Below are positions 25,930 through 38,600 of a stretch of DNA of 64,000 nt, piece by piece. The notes beneath the pieces were generated by a model that was not told the origin of the DNA, did no database searches, and saw only the letters and a list, made by a program, of their open reading frames with translations. A program made the position numbers and the translations under genes. Position 1 is the stretch's first letter; each line of letters opens with the position of its first letter. The DNA is from Curvularia clavata. Its lineage: Eukaryota. Where the stretch lies: positions 372,001-436,000 of the forward strand of contig CP089281.1 of assembly GCA_023920165.1 (NCBI GenBank), given 5' to 3'.

Positions 25930-26125
25930 AAAACGCGTCAGATGAAGACTTTATTGGGGAAAGACCAACACGACACGCTGACAAGCGTATACAAAGTGAC
26001 ATGGCTTTTCGTTTTCCATCAACAGCATCGGCATGAAGCTTCTTCAGCACTGTACCAAAGGGCAAGCAGCGGATACCAGTGTGTGCTTGATCTGGAGCGT
26101 CCTACTGTGGCATGCTTTAAGCTCC
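25930..26125 (+). pseudogene. Isolated degenerate TPR-repeat fragment (NLR-type TPR C-terminus)
   Basis: LLGKDQHDTLTSVY...HQQHRHEASSALYQRASSGYQCVL resembles LGxDHPDTLTS TPR repeats; no upstream gene body. Confidence 0.6.
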
Positions 26126-26953
26126 ATTGGTCTCTAACAACGGTGGAAATGCGGTATCGTTGATAAGCTATTCCTATTAACGTCCCTCTCCGCGTGCCGG
26201 AAAACCCACCGTGCAGGAAAATACGACGGGTAATTCGACTTCAAGCGACCATAGCTCTGCGCATATGTCAAACATCACTAAGATTATGTACGTAAGCCCC
26301 CAGCTAACTTACCACTTTTTTTTCGCCCGTTCCTCGCCCGTGACATCGGCTCGAGAAGGACCCGATTGCCGTTGTCACAGTACCGACCCATACACGATTG
26401 TTTTATTCATGACCTGACCCCTGCAAGTCGCTAATATGAAGTAGGAAACCCCCTTATTATAGGTAAAAATAGATCTGAGTACAAAACCGGAAATCATTTC
26501 TATTCGCGACGGTATAAGTGAAAACGCCAATGTAGTGCTTAAGGAAGCAAGTGTATCCAAGACAGACACCATTGTACAGATGGTTTTGCGATCTAGAGCC
26601 TGTTTGGTTCCTAGTTCCAGTTTTATAAGAACTTTAAAGGTAGTAGATAAAGTAACTTTCTTAACTAACTAGAAATAGATAGCTGAGCATTATGTACTAG
26701 ATATAGAATATCTAGTACATAGTCAAGATATAGATAATAAGTAGATGTAGCAGGTGTTACAGTGTTAGTGTCATAATAGTACAGCACGAGATAGATGGGA
26801 GAGAACTATGCTTCAACAGCCGTGTATTCACGACACGAATCGCTATCGAGCGTCTCTAGCGATTACTAGACTTTAATGACCCTAAAAGAGCCCCAGCTGA
26901 CTAATAGAGCCTGGGCTGGAAAAGTTTGGGCTGGACTGGTCCAAATTGGGCCA

Positions 26954-27224
26954 TGTAACGGCGCGAGCAAGACTAGTCGAATCGGTTCCGGTGGGAAGTG
27001 TCACTCAAATGCATATGGAAGTGCGTGGGACAACAGAAACACCTTGGATTCGGTAGACACTCATAGGCCTGGTACGAAAGGATATCAAAAATCTACCGAA
27101 CATCTATGGAAGGTACCTGGTACTTATACCTGGGTGCGGGTCTTCATCGGGTCTGACCCGGCTCTCAATCGGATCTTGATAAGCTGCCCTGGCTGGGGTA
27201 TGTTTTGGTCTATGCATGGTTACA
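26954..27224 (-). mobile_element. Solo LTR (271 bp) of the gypsy family found downstream, essentially not RIP-mutated
   Basis: TGTAAC...GTTACA ends; GGCCA duplicated at 26949-26953 and 27225-27229; aligns with the LTR at 32667-32937. Confidence 0.95.
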
Positions 27225-27254
27225 GGCCAGGTCCTGACAGCAGAGCTGGATAAC

Positions 27255-27375
27255 CGCAACGGCACGAACAAGACTAGTCGAATTGGTTCTGGTGGAAAGT
27301 GTTACTGGAATGTATATAGAAGTGCGTAGATTAATAGAAATATTCTAAATTTAGTAGATACCTATTGGTCTAGTA
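27255..27375 (-). mobile_element. Truncated, mutated fragment of the same LTR
   Basis: gcaacggcacgaacaagactagtcgaattggttctggtgg matches the first ~120 bp of the solo LTR. Confidence 0.85.
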
Positions 27376-28177
27376 TTTGGCTTTAGCCTTTTGTGCACCA
27401 TTTGATAAAATATTATGTAAATTATGTTATTTTTTAACTAATAGTAACAGCCTATCTAGCTCTATAAAGCTATATTAGAATATGATCAATTCTCTCTCTT
27501 ATATTAGTAAAAATAATATTTATATCTCTATCTTTATTACTTCTACTATTTCTAACTCTATCTATATAAAATATGTCAAAATCTCTATCTAATATTGACT
27601 CTTCTTGGACTAAAGTATAGCTTTAATGATTAGCTATTTTTGAGTAGGTATTAAAACTATAATAGCCTTTTTTAATCACTTATATTATCATAAAGCTAAC
27701 TATAAGTAGTTTAGTATCTCTTGGGAATTTGCTTGCTGGCTCACTATCTTGATAGTATGAGCCACGGTCATGGATTTAGTCTATTAAGCTGAAGGTGTTG
27801 TAGATCTAAGCTACTCAGCTAATCTACAGTATCTGGGTGCGTACTCCTATACCCAGAATCAACTTAGTCTATAGTCGATCTGTCAAGACTATAATCGATC
27901 TATAGACATCTGTCTATGACGCCAAAGATTACGCAAGCTACTACTAGATAGATTCTTCTAGAATCTACTCCAGCCAATATATATAGTAGTAGAATAGCTA
28001 GTAGATAGAAACCAGAGCAGTTTATACAAAGTCAATTGTATCTATTAACTCTCTCCCCTAGCATATACTACTTACTTGAGTCTTTGATCAAGCTACCTCT
28101 GAGTCTACTACTAGTAGAATAAGTAGCTACCCTATACTTTGACAGAAGGTACATACGTAACTCTACATCCATCCATA

Positions 28178-29821
28178 TCATTCATGCTTCCGCAATCTCT
28201 CCTCTCGCTGAGGCACCGCTGGCGTATTTGTTACCGCTAGTGTGTCTGTTACCGCCGCCCCTCTTTTCCTGGCACTGGCTAGAGTGGGTGTTTGAGCCGC
28301 TGTTTTTCTTGTCGCGGAAGAACGCGTGCTCGGTCCACTCTCCTTTCTTGGAAGTTCCCGCCCTGGCTCGGATTGGGTCTCTCTCTCCATTCTTGATGGA
28401 GTTCGCGCTGGGACGAGCCTTGTCCTCCTGCCTTGAGTCTCCTGTGCGGTAGGCTGAGCGGTAGGCGTTGCAGAATTTGGTGCTCCGCCCTTCGGTTTCT
28501 TGTTGCATACCGCCTGCGAAGGCAGTGACTCGGCGGAGCGTTTCATGTCTGTGCCCCTCAAACTGCATCGAGCTAATGGCGGGGGCTGATCCCGGTCTTG
28601 GGCACTGTCCAGCTTATCTTGCAGTCGGTGCTCGTGTTGATGCTGTGGCCTCTGTGTTGGAGGCTTGGTGATGTGACGTGGCTCCGGATTCTGCTCCAGC
28701 TCTTGTTGTAAGTCTTCATATTCTTCTACGATTACCTTACCCTCCTCCTCTTCTGGTGGTGGTGTCTTGCAAAATGGAGAGTGCTTCGGTACCGATCCTG
28801 GAGGTAGGTAGAGAGGATGACCTGGAGGAACGGGAGGCGGTTGGAAAGGTTCTCGAAGCTGTCCAGGAAAGGAGGGTTTCAAGAATGAGAGTTCCCGTGG
28901 TATGTACCAGAATCCCTTTGGTTGTTCGGAACTCGGACGCTCAATGGTCTCTAGAACATCTACCTCTGAGGGAGTGAAATCCATATCAGTAGTGTCCAGC
29001 GGGCTGTCTCTCATGTTCTTGATGGGTGCGAGATCCTCGGGCTCTGGGGAAGGAGACTCGTGCCGCCATTTCCAGGAAGTAACCAGGTCGTTCCTGTCAA
29101 ACTCCTCTCTCCAGTCTTCACGCTCCTTCCACCACTCAATGACTTGCTTCCGGCTCGAGTATGGAAATTGATTTTGTTCATCCAAAGAAAGGCGAAAGTA
29201 TCTTATCCTTTCTTCAGCTAGTTCAACCTGAAAGATGAACCACGGTCTAGAGATAAGGAATGACTCTGCTTGAGAAGTAGTTGCACCTTCGTCGAGTCGA
29301 GACCGTGGGAGTAATGGGGCCTTCTCGCCACGACGCAGATTCTGGCGTAGGCGTAGTGCTCGTTCAACGAGGTGCTGCATGTACTCACGCCTCGGGAAGC
29401 CAGCAGACGCGGAGCCATCGGCAAATTTTGGTTCCCACCTCCACTCCCACTCGTAAGCGTTGTCATTGGGCTGCACGTTACGCCCGGCAAAACCCCACTC
29501 AAGATTCCAGACACCGAGTTTTTCCCAGCGGCGCTTAACATTGTGACGAACGAAGACACCTCTTCGCCGGGAGCCCTCTAACCCTTGAAATATTTCGTTC
29601 GACCAGTATTTGTTCAGACGGCTTTCCTCTCTCTGCGCTTCCTTGAGATAGAAATAGTCTGGATATAAGATAGATGGCAAGTCATATAAGGATACAATAC
29701 TCTCCAGTTCATCATCACTGATTGGCTGCTCTAGCTTGGCTTTCAGCTTTTCTTGCAGCTCGCCATGTGGTGGCGCAAGGCGGGCATCGTAGAGTTCGGT
29801 TCGGTCAAAATATGGAGGCAT
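28178..29821 (-). CDS. Hypothetical protein, 547 aa (Trp/Arg/Glu-rich N-terminal domain, disordered Pro-rich C-terminus)
   Basis: Long intronless ORF with protein-like composition (RHNVKRRWEKLGVWN, FLISRPWFIF, WKWRHESPSPEPED). Confidence 0.8.
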   Translation of the reverse strand: MPPYFDRTELYDARLAPPHGELQEKLKAKLEQPISDDELESIVSLYDLPSILYPDYFYLKEAQREESRLNKYWSNEIFQGLEGSRRRGVFVRHNVKRRWEKLGVWNLEWGFAGRNVQPNDNAYEWEWRWEPKFADGSASAGFPRREYMQHLVERALRLRQNLRRGEKAPLLPRSRLDEGATTSQAESFLISRPWFIFQVELAEERIRYFRLSLDEQNQFPYSSRKQVIEWWKEREDWREEFDRNDLVTSWKWRHESPSPEPEDLAPIKNMRDSPLDTTDMDFTPSEVDVLETIERPSSEQPKGFWYIPRELSFLKPSFPGQLREPFQPPPVPPGHPLYLPPGSVPKHSPFCKTPPPEEEEGKVIVEEYEDLQQELEQNPEPRHITKPPTQRPQHQHEHRLQDKLDSAQDRDQPPPLARCSLRGTDMKRSAESLPSQAVCNKKPKGGAPNSATPTAQPTAQETQGRRTRLVPARTPSRMERETQSEPGRELPRKESGPSTRSSATRKTAAQTPTLASARKRGAAVTDTLAVTNTPAVPQREERLRKHE

Positions 29822-30656
29822 GGCTGGAACGATGCCGGAGGTGAATTTTGGGGGTGACTGTTTAGAAATAATGAAAATGAGACGGCTGAAATAGGAGGAG
29901 CGGGTTAGAGATGAAGATGTTGAGGATGGGAAAGAAGGCCAACGACGGGACGAAGGAGGAGAGGGGAGAGGGGAAGCCCTTTTCTACTTAATCGACTGCA
30001 TCGATTTCTTTGTCTACTATTGCGACAATCGTACCTGTAGCAGCTGCTACAAGCGTATATGCTTTGTCAATGCCTCGGCAAATAGAAGAGCTGAACAAAG
30101 GCTGGAATGTGGTATACTAGAAGAGATAGGGAATAGAGTGAGAATTAAGGATTACTAAGAGGGGTCTAGAAGCTACTTCCAGGCGTTAGATAGTAGACTC
30201 GGTTGCTGTTGCGCTAGAAAGTTGTGAAGTTGGAAACAGACAAAGGGATTCTTTGTGCAGTCCGGCCTAGGTCTAGTAGATATCTCACTAAGTACCCCCA
30301 CTGCCCCTGCTAAGGCCGGAGAGAGCACAGCTAACAAATTTCAAGATCGCTCCCTAGGTCTACCTCACTGCCAGCGAGCCAGGACAGTTGGCTAATTATC
30401 TGAAGTAGTAAGCCGCGACCTTTATCCTCGCACTGATCAGTCACAGTCCTGTTTTGACCTCTAGATACCTGCCTGAGTCTTGCCTGAGACTTTTCTGAGT
30501 CTTGTCTTGCCTATGTCTTGGCTGATTCTTCTAAAACAGTGCGTTGGCTATTCTAAAGCCCCAGTTTCCTGACGATGGGACACCTTATTCCTCATTTCTA
30601 CTACGAACTTGTTATCTGCTTGCCGTACTGATCCGTCTCACTGCGGCCCTCTCATC

Positions 30657-32181
30657 ATGTCTCTGGAAGTTCATCCAAAAACACTTTTCCACCTCGTACC
30701 GACTAACCAGGTCGCCCAAGATGCCCTCCTTCACCCGGATAACAAGCACCGCGTCTCGAGATCCGAGGGCCGCCCAGGCCTTGAGATCGGCTATCATGTC
30801 CCGTCTATGCCTCGAGGCCAAGTCATCACCAGACTCGGACGAAACGCCGACCTGATCCTCCGCGAAAGCACTGCCAGACAGCCTATGTCTGCGGTTCATG
30901 TCGCTTTCGAGCTCCATCCTGCAACACATGTCGTGCTTTTATCTGTTCGATCCAAGCTAGTTTCATCGGTCACGCTGGCAGTGCTCAAAGACTCAGATGA
31001 TGATAAGATCATTGGAAGGAACGTCACTGGTGAGAAAATCCCTGGAAAAGTAGTTATTGGAGACGGTGTCATCCTATATGGACAGAACTACAAGATCTGT
31101 ATCGCAGCTTACGAATTTGACTTGATCTGGCGAATCATCTCCAAGACCAACAACGACGAATTTCTCAGAGCCCTCACTATTCAAGGCTACGAAACATCTC
31201 AAAAGCTGTTGCAGGATGTGAGGTCGCGCGACCGACCAACAGAGAACGACTTTTTAGAGATACAGTCGTGGCATATAACTAGACTCAATACAAGAAAAAG
31301 CCCCAGGATCCAGGACATCAAGAATCTTCGTGAGAAGATAGGCCAGGGAGCCTATGGCACGACCTACTCAGCAGTCGATCAGACCTCCGGCCACAGCTTT
31401 GCTATCAAAGTGGTCGACCTCACCCGCCAGGGCGATATCGAGGCAGCTCGAGCTATATTGCATAGAGAGATCAAGGTTTTGCAGAGAATGAGACACGTTG
31501 GTCACTCCTAGCTGCTATTTATCTACTCTCTATATCTAACGATACACCTAGAAACACATTGTTGAATATCTGGGCCACCAACACATTCATACACTCTGTC
31601 CAGAGATCTTCATGCCCCTGCGCCTTGGGTCTCTGACTTCGCTCGCCAAATCACCACCACCTGATATCGGCTATGAACAAATCTGCTTCGAGGCAATGGG
31701 ACAGATGCTCAGCGCCCTCGATTACCTAGCAAGCGAGAACCTGATCCACCGGGACTTGAAACCCGACAACGTTCTCTATTCCATGTCAGGTGGTTGTTAT
31801 CTTTTCCAGCTAGCCGACTTTGGACTTGCGAATTACCGCTCGCTGGCTAGAACGATTTGTGGCACCGGCTACTACCAGGCTCCTGAGCTCTGGCCCCACG
31901 TCTCGGGAGTTAACGCCGGTCAGAGCCCCAAATTAGACATCTGGTCCCTCTTTGCCTGCATGGTTGCCGTTCTCACAAGATTGGAACAGTTTCCACCGTA
32001 CACTAGCGACTATGGTGTTGTTCTCAGCGTACTCATAGCCAGAGTTCCAACTGTACCCAAACTCGAGCCTATGGCAAGGTTACATCCAGATCGCCGGGCA
32101 TCAGCTGCGCAAATGCTTGTCCTTCTCTTCGAAGGCAAAGGCTTGACAACACCCAGATCGAAGGTCACTCCGATTACTTAA
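30657..32181 (+). CDS. FHA-like domain + Ser/Thr protein kinase (2 exons)
   Basis: FHA-like LGR..SAVH; GQGAYG, AIK, HRDLKPDN, DFG, APE, DIWS; in-frame intron 31497-31551. Confidence 0.88.
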
Positions 32182-32666
32182 TCCTGATGTTTCAGCCGTA
32201 GCTCCAAGCAGCTATTTACAGAAGGTGACCGATCACGATAAGACTCTGTAGTGGCTGACGATATCCGCCTACCTTTGCAACTTTTATGTGCCACGCCACC
32301 TTACTACTACTAATGACTATCGAACACGAGGTTTTCAAGTTTGTGATTACTACTAGGAATAACTCTAAATCAATATGAAAGGTTATCTAGCTGTTAACGT
32401 GCCTCACAGGTTCGCGCGCCATGCAGGTTTACAGCCCGCACTAGCTATTATCTTTTCTAGAACATCTCTTTCATCACATGGTCTTTATTCCTGTTGGTAT
32501 TACGTGAGTGAGGTCTAGACATAGCTATCAGTGTATGACATATAAAATGTAAAAGTGCAGTAGACCACGTCTTAGTCTATTCAGAATATAAAAATTTGAA
32601 AATGTAGTAAATTATAAAGACCCGACCCTATAGAGAATTGAATCTATCATCTCTCTAGATTATAAA

Positions 32667-35600
32667 TGTAACGGCGCGAGCAAGACTAGTCGAATCAGTT
32701 CCGGTGGGAAGTGTCACTTAAATGCATATAGAAGTGCATGGGACAGTAGAAACACCTTAGATTTAGTAGATACTCATAGGCCTAGTACAAAAGAATATCA
32801 AAAATCTACTAAATATCTATAGAAGGTATCTAGTACTTATACTTAGGTGCAGGTCTTTATTAGGTCTAACTTAGCTCTTAATTAGATCTTGATAAGCTAC
32901 TCTAGCTAAAGTATGTTTTGGTCTATATATAGTTATATTACCTCCCCTTCTAGTAGATAGCTAGTCCTATAGCTATCTATTCTAGTTATTATTCTTCTTC
33001 TCTACACTATAGGGTCTCTCGTTCCTAATTTTCTCTAGATTTTCCCTATACTGCGCTACTCTAGGTAATAGAATACTCTAGTTTTAGTATAACTTCTATA
33101 GCTGTGTATATCCTTTACTTAAGCCTCTATACCTAAGTCTTAGTAACTATTCTAGTACTCACGTAGCGCTGCTGCCTTGCTGCCTAGCCGCTAGGCCGTT
33201 TATCTTTATCTGCTAGACAGGCCTAGACGCTTCGATTAGAGCTCCAAGTCGCCGGCGATTCGTTTGTAGTTAGGGTCTAACAGCTATTTAGGTTATATAT
33301 ACTAAGACTATTTACTTCTCTAGTGTATATATTAATAATAATATAGTATTGCCGCCAAGTTTTCTCCTCTACGCTTCTTAATTAAAATAAGTTAGTTATA
33401 ATTTAACGCACTCGTTTTCGCTATATCTCTTTATTATCTGCTTAGTGCGCTGCTAGATACGTATCGCTTTATCTATCTGCGAGCTATCTACGCCTTAGCG
33501 CGCTATTAGTTCGATATTGCTTACGCCTATCTATCTAATTTCTCTAAGAAGTGTCTTTATTACATCTAATAGAAAGAGAAATACGATTCTATAAGTTTAC
33601 TTTTCTTTTTCTTTACTATTTGCAGCTTAGCTAATCTAGATAGATTTCTAAGTATATTTTTAAAAAGTTTTATAATTTAATTAATACTATTAAGTTATAT
33701 GCTATTACTTAGTATAGCCCTATAGTTAATACTAATATAGAGGTATTACTTAATTAAATTGCTACTACTGCTTTAGATATCGCCTATAAAGTCTAAGTTA
33801 TTAGATTCTAGAAGAAAAAGCTTTTAGTTAATTAGCTTTTTATCGTTTAGAACTAGATCCTAAGGGATATCTAAGATAGTATTTTAGAGTTAGTTAATAT
33901 AGTTAATAGTATAGAAAGGCGCCTTTTGCGTCTTAAAGCTAGGTCGGCTTAGGGTGGCGTCTAGGTCGGCCCTTAGATTAAGGAGTTAGAGGAATAGTCT
34001 AGTTTATTCTCCTCCTCTAAGGAGGATAAGAGTGCGGTTAGCTAGGAGATAGCTAATACTAAGTAGGAGCGCTCTAATATTAAACTTTAAGTAAGGTAAT
34101 ATTTTAGAGGTTTGTTAGTAGTTATAAAGTTTAGATCTAAATTTTTTTTATTACTAATACCTAATAAAGTTTCTATTTTTTCTTTTTTTTAAATTTTATT
34201 ATTTTGTAGTAAAGTTATATTCTCTACATCTTATTCCTATACTATAATCTACTTGCTAAAGAAATATAGGGGTTCTAGTTTAGTAGAATATTATTTATAG
34301 AAGAGTTTAAGCTTGTGTAGGGCTTCTATAAAGTTTAAGACTAAGTATTAGATAGAATTTAGATTATATCTAACCTACTATACTTAGTATTTTAGATTTA
34401 AGCAGTATAACTTACTTACTAGAATTTCTTCTATCTTCTATTCTTTTACGCTTTAGATAGGAGTTGCTAAAAGTCTTAGAAATTTTTATTTTAGAAGAGA
34501 GTTTTAAAGATTTTTATATAATAGATCTAGGGCGAAGATATTATAGATCTAGAACTTTTTTAGAAGGTCTAAGTAGTATAAATATTCTATTTTCTTAAGT
34601 ACTCTAAAGGGCTTCTCTTATTTAGAGAATAGCTTCCTACTTAGATAGTCTAATATAAGATTCTAGATATTTAGGAAGACTATATCTCTAATATTCTAAT
34701 TAATAGAATAGTAATAGTAGTTAACTATAGTTTATATCCTATTCTAGACTTTCTCTATTTATTCTTTAACCACCTTCTATATATTATATATATAGGTAGC
34801 TATTTCTAATACATCCTTATAGTTAAGTTTGTTAGTAAGAGTAAGAGAGCTAGTAGAATATTTCTAGTCCTAACTCTGCTGGGGTTTAGAACTATATAGA
34901 ATATAGTATAGAGATATACTAATAGAAGAATATAGTAGGGAAATTTAAGTACAATTAATTAAGAGTAGAAGTCTACTCTAGTTATCTTAGTAGTAGAATA
35001 TAAAGAGGCGCAATCTATGATTAATATATTTATTTATAATCTCTATCTAATTATCTATTTTTTTATAGTAGATAGTTAATAGCTTAACCTTAACATCTAG
35101 AATTTAGCAGAATTCCAACTAAAAGCTTAAAATAAACTGTAGTTCTTAGTCAGAGACTATAGTTTTAGGTATATAGCTAAATCAGTATATCTATTAAATA
35201 AATAGATTAGCTATTCCCCTTACATTAATAGTCTTATAGTAGAAGATAGAGATAGTCTACTTAGATAACTAGTTAATCATAACTATAATTATATTATAAC
35301 TAGATTAGTCTTAAGAAAATTTCTTAAAGTTAATATATAGATGCTATATTAGCTAGTTAGAAATTAGTAAAAGATAAATTATCTCTAGAATTTAGATCTA
35401 TCTAGAATAGGCCTTTCTATAGGCTATACAATTCTGCATATATCTTTTATAGATAGATTCTATACCCTTCTAGTAGTATTTCTAGAATAGTAGTTAGTAG
35501 ATCTTCTTCATATTAGAGTGCGCTAAAAATACCTAGTTATATATTTTCTAAATAAGACGAGTTATAAAAGTAGAGATAGAAGGAATATATAGATAGTTAG

Positions 35601-38600
35601 AATAGAGTAGAAGTCTATTTTTAATCTAGTATCTATCTAGAAGGGACTTTCGCCCTACCCTAAATAAGGCTTAGTTCTCTTATAGAATAGACTTAATTAG
35701 TTCTAGTAAATTAAGAGATATTAGCTCTAATATAGGCTTAACTATAAGTAAAAAGAAAGATTCTACTTAAAGTTAGGCTATATAGATCTTAGTAAGTTTA
35801 GAGTTAATTTAGTTATTAAATTAGTATAGTCTTAGAAGGACCCGCGAATAGTTATTAATTTAGGCTATTTTTAAATTTCTTATATTTTACTTCTATTAGG
35901 AGAGGATATTAGTATAAGTATTATTTTTTCTAGAGATATATTAGATATAGAAATTAAAAAATACTAATTCTTCTATCTATTATATCTAGCAGGTATTTAG
36001 AACTTTAGTAGATATAAAGTATTTAAAGGAATAGTGGTCTAAATACATATTGATATAAAAGTGTATTAATAGTAGTTTAGATTGCCACTTACTAAATACT
36101 ATTATAATAGTAAATAGTTCTTTATTATATATTTTCTAATTTAGCTTAGATCTAGATAGGACCTTACTAAAGAATACTATAGATTACTAATTTCTATTTA
36201 GCTATTTTTAGAAAAGAACGTCTACTATAACGCTATTAGATGCGTTAGTCTCTATTTTAGTATTATACTTTAGATGGTAGTAGTATAAGATAGGAATTGC
36301 TAGTAGTATAGATTTTAATCTTTTAAAGATTTAGTTGTACTTTAAATTCTATATAAATAGTTTTAAAAGGCTTTAGAAGATAAGAAAAGATTTTATAATT
36401 TATAAGTATTTAGAAATAAACTATCTATAAAATCTAGTAAACTTTAGAAATAATTTTATACTAGTAATAGTAGTAGGTTAGATCTAATTTTAAAAGGTTT
36501 CTACTTTATTAGAGTCTATCTCTAGATCTTAGTTAGTTAAAATATACTTTAGGTATTTAGTCTAAGTAATATAGAATTTGCTTTTTTTAATGTTAATTTG
36601 GAGACTGGCTTATCTAAGCCTTTCTAAGATCTATTATATGTGGTGGGGGTGGTCTAGTTCTAATTTGGAATAGATTAAAATATTATCTAGATAGACAGTA
36701 TAGAAGCTGTCTAGATAATTAATTAATATATTATTTATATAGCGTTAATATATTATAGGGCTATTATATAATCTAAAAGGTAATACTTTAGACTTATAGA
36801 TTTTATATCTAATGTAGAATATAGTATACTTCTCTAAGTTAGGGTGTATTTAGATCTTATTAAATGCTGTACGTATATTAAGCTTAGTAAAAACTTTTGT
36901 CTTATAGATACAGGCTAGAAGCTTATTAATACGTAGTATTAGATAGATATTTTTTCTAGTAATTATATTAAGTTGGCGGTAATCTATATAGATATAAATA
37001 TCTCTATTTAACTTCTAAATATAACTAGAGAGATAAAGGGGTAGTAGCTTAGATTAATATATCTTTTTCTAAGATTTTCTATTATAAATATCTTAGTAGT
37101 TTTAAGTTTTTTAGTACTCTATTTATATAGAGGACTAAATTAATTTAAAAGAAGTTTAGTTAGTATAATTTTATAATTGTATAGGCGATATTTAGATAGT
37201 AGCTCTATTACTATTTTATTAAAGATATTGTGGTATAAATAGTAAGTAGATAGAAGTTAGTTCTAAATAAGTTTAGTATTTTTAGAATTATTTAGCTTTA
37301 TATACTTTTCTAAAATATAATTAATTTTATAGATACTTATTATAAAGAACTTATTTTTTTTATATTTTATAAAATAATAGAAAGTATTTACTAAAATAAT
37401 AGTAATATAGAGTAAAGATGTTAGTTAGATAGGGTCTAGAGTAGGGTTAGGAATAAATAGTAGTAGATAAATTTTAGGAAGTTTGAGGTATTCTCTAATT
37501 CTTTATATAAAAGCTTTATAAGGATTATTTTATTTATAGTAGTTATTTTTTTCTTATAGTGCGTCTCGTCTCTATATATTCTATTCTATATTAGTATTAA
37601 TAGAAGGTTGTTTTAATTATATAAGAATAGATAGCGCGGGATTATATATTAGAGGGTACTTAGCTGGCTATATAATCTAGTTCTAGCTTATATTAAGCTT
37701 AAGCTAGAAATATCTTAACTATTTAATTCTAATTATATAGTTCTATATCTCTAAATTTATAATTATAAAGAGATAGTTATAAATCTTTGTTTTATTAATT
37801 TAAATATGTAACTAAATATATTTATCTACTCTAATTTAGATTTAGTTCTAAAATCTTTTAACTATAATTTTAAAAAGAAGTTTTTAGATAGAGATCTAAA
37901 GAGAGCTAGAGAAAGTATAAATAATAGTAGAATTTAAGAATAAAAAGCTTTAGACTCTAGTATTAACTAAAGAGTATAAGCTAATACTAAACTCTTTTAA
38001 ATAAAGAATGGTAGATATTAGAAAGTATTTTTCTCTAAATAAGTAGAATAAATTAATTTTAGCTAGATTATACTTATTTATATTTAGAGTAGAGAGTTTT
38101 TTTAGATCTGGTGGTTTTCTATCTAGTCCTTCTCTAATAAGTATTCGTATACTTTTTTGAATTCTTTCTTCTCTATTTTGATTTCTTAAATCTAAGGAAT
38201 GGGGCACTTATTTATATAATATCTAGATTTTCTATAGTTATAGTAATTACTAATAGTTAGTTTACTATCTAGTGTAGAGGTTTTTAAAAGAAATCTGGAA
38301 ATATTAGAATAAGTGCGAGATTAGGTTAGAGTTAGTTTAGATTAGACTCTATAAGTATTTAGGTAGTAGTTTTAGTATTAACTAATATAGGGCTTTATTA
38401 GTAAAGTATAAGAATTATTAGAAGTGGGTTCTAAACTATATCTAAAAGGAGTGTTTTTTCTTTTAGTATCAAAAATAGTAAAGTATTATATTATTTTATT
38501 AAAGGAGTTATTCTACTAGTATTTAAATTTTAAGTTTAGAATATATAAGGTGGAGGTAATTTTTTTCTATAAGTAGAAAAACTACTCTAATTTTAATATA

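Noticed and set aside
26876..27253. 125-aa ORF
   Set aside because: Runs through the solo LTR; chance frame.
32610..32660. tRNA T-arm/B-box-like relic (also GTTCGAA on the minus strand near 63660)
   Set aside because: Needs heavy deRIP assumptions and no cloverleaf can be built; not called as tRNA or SINE.
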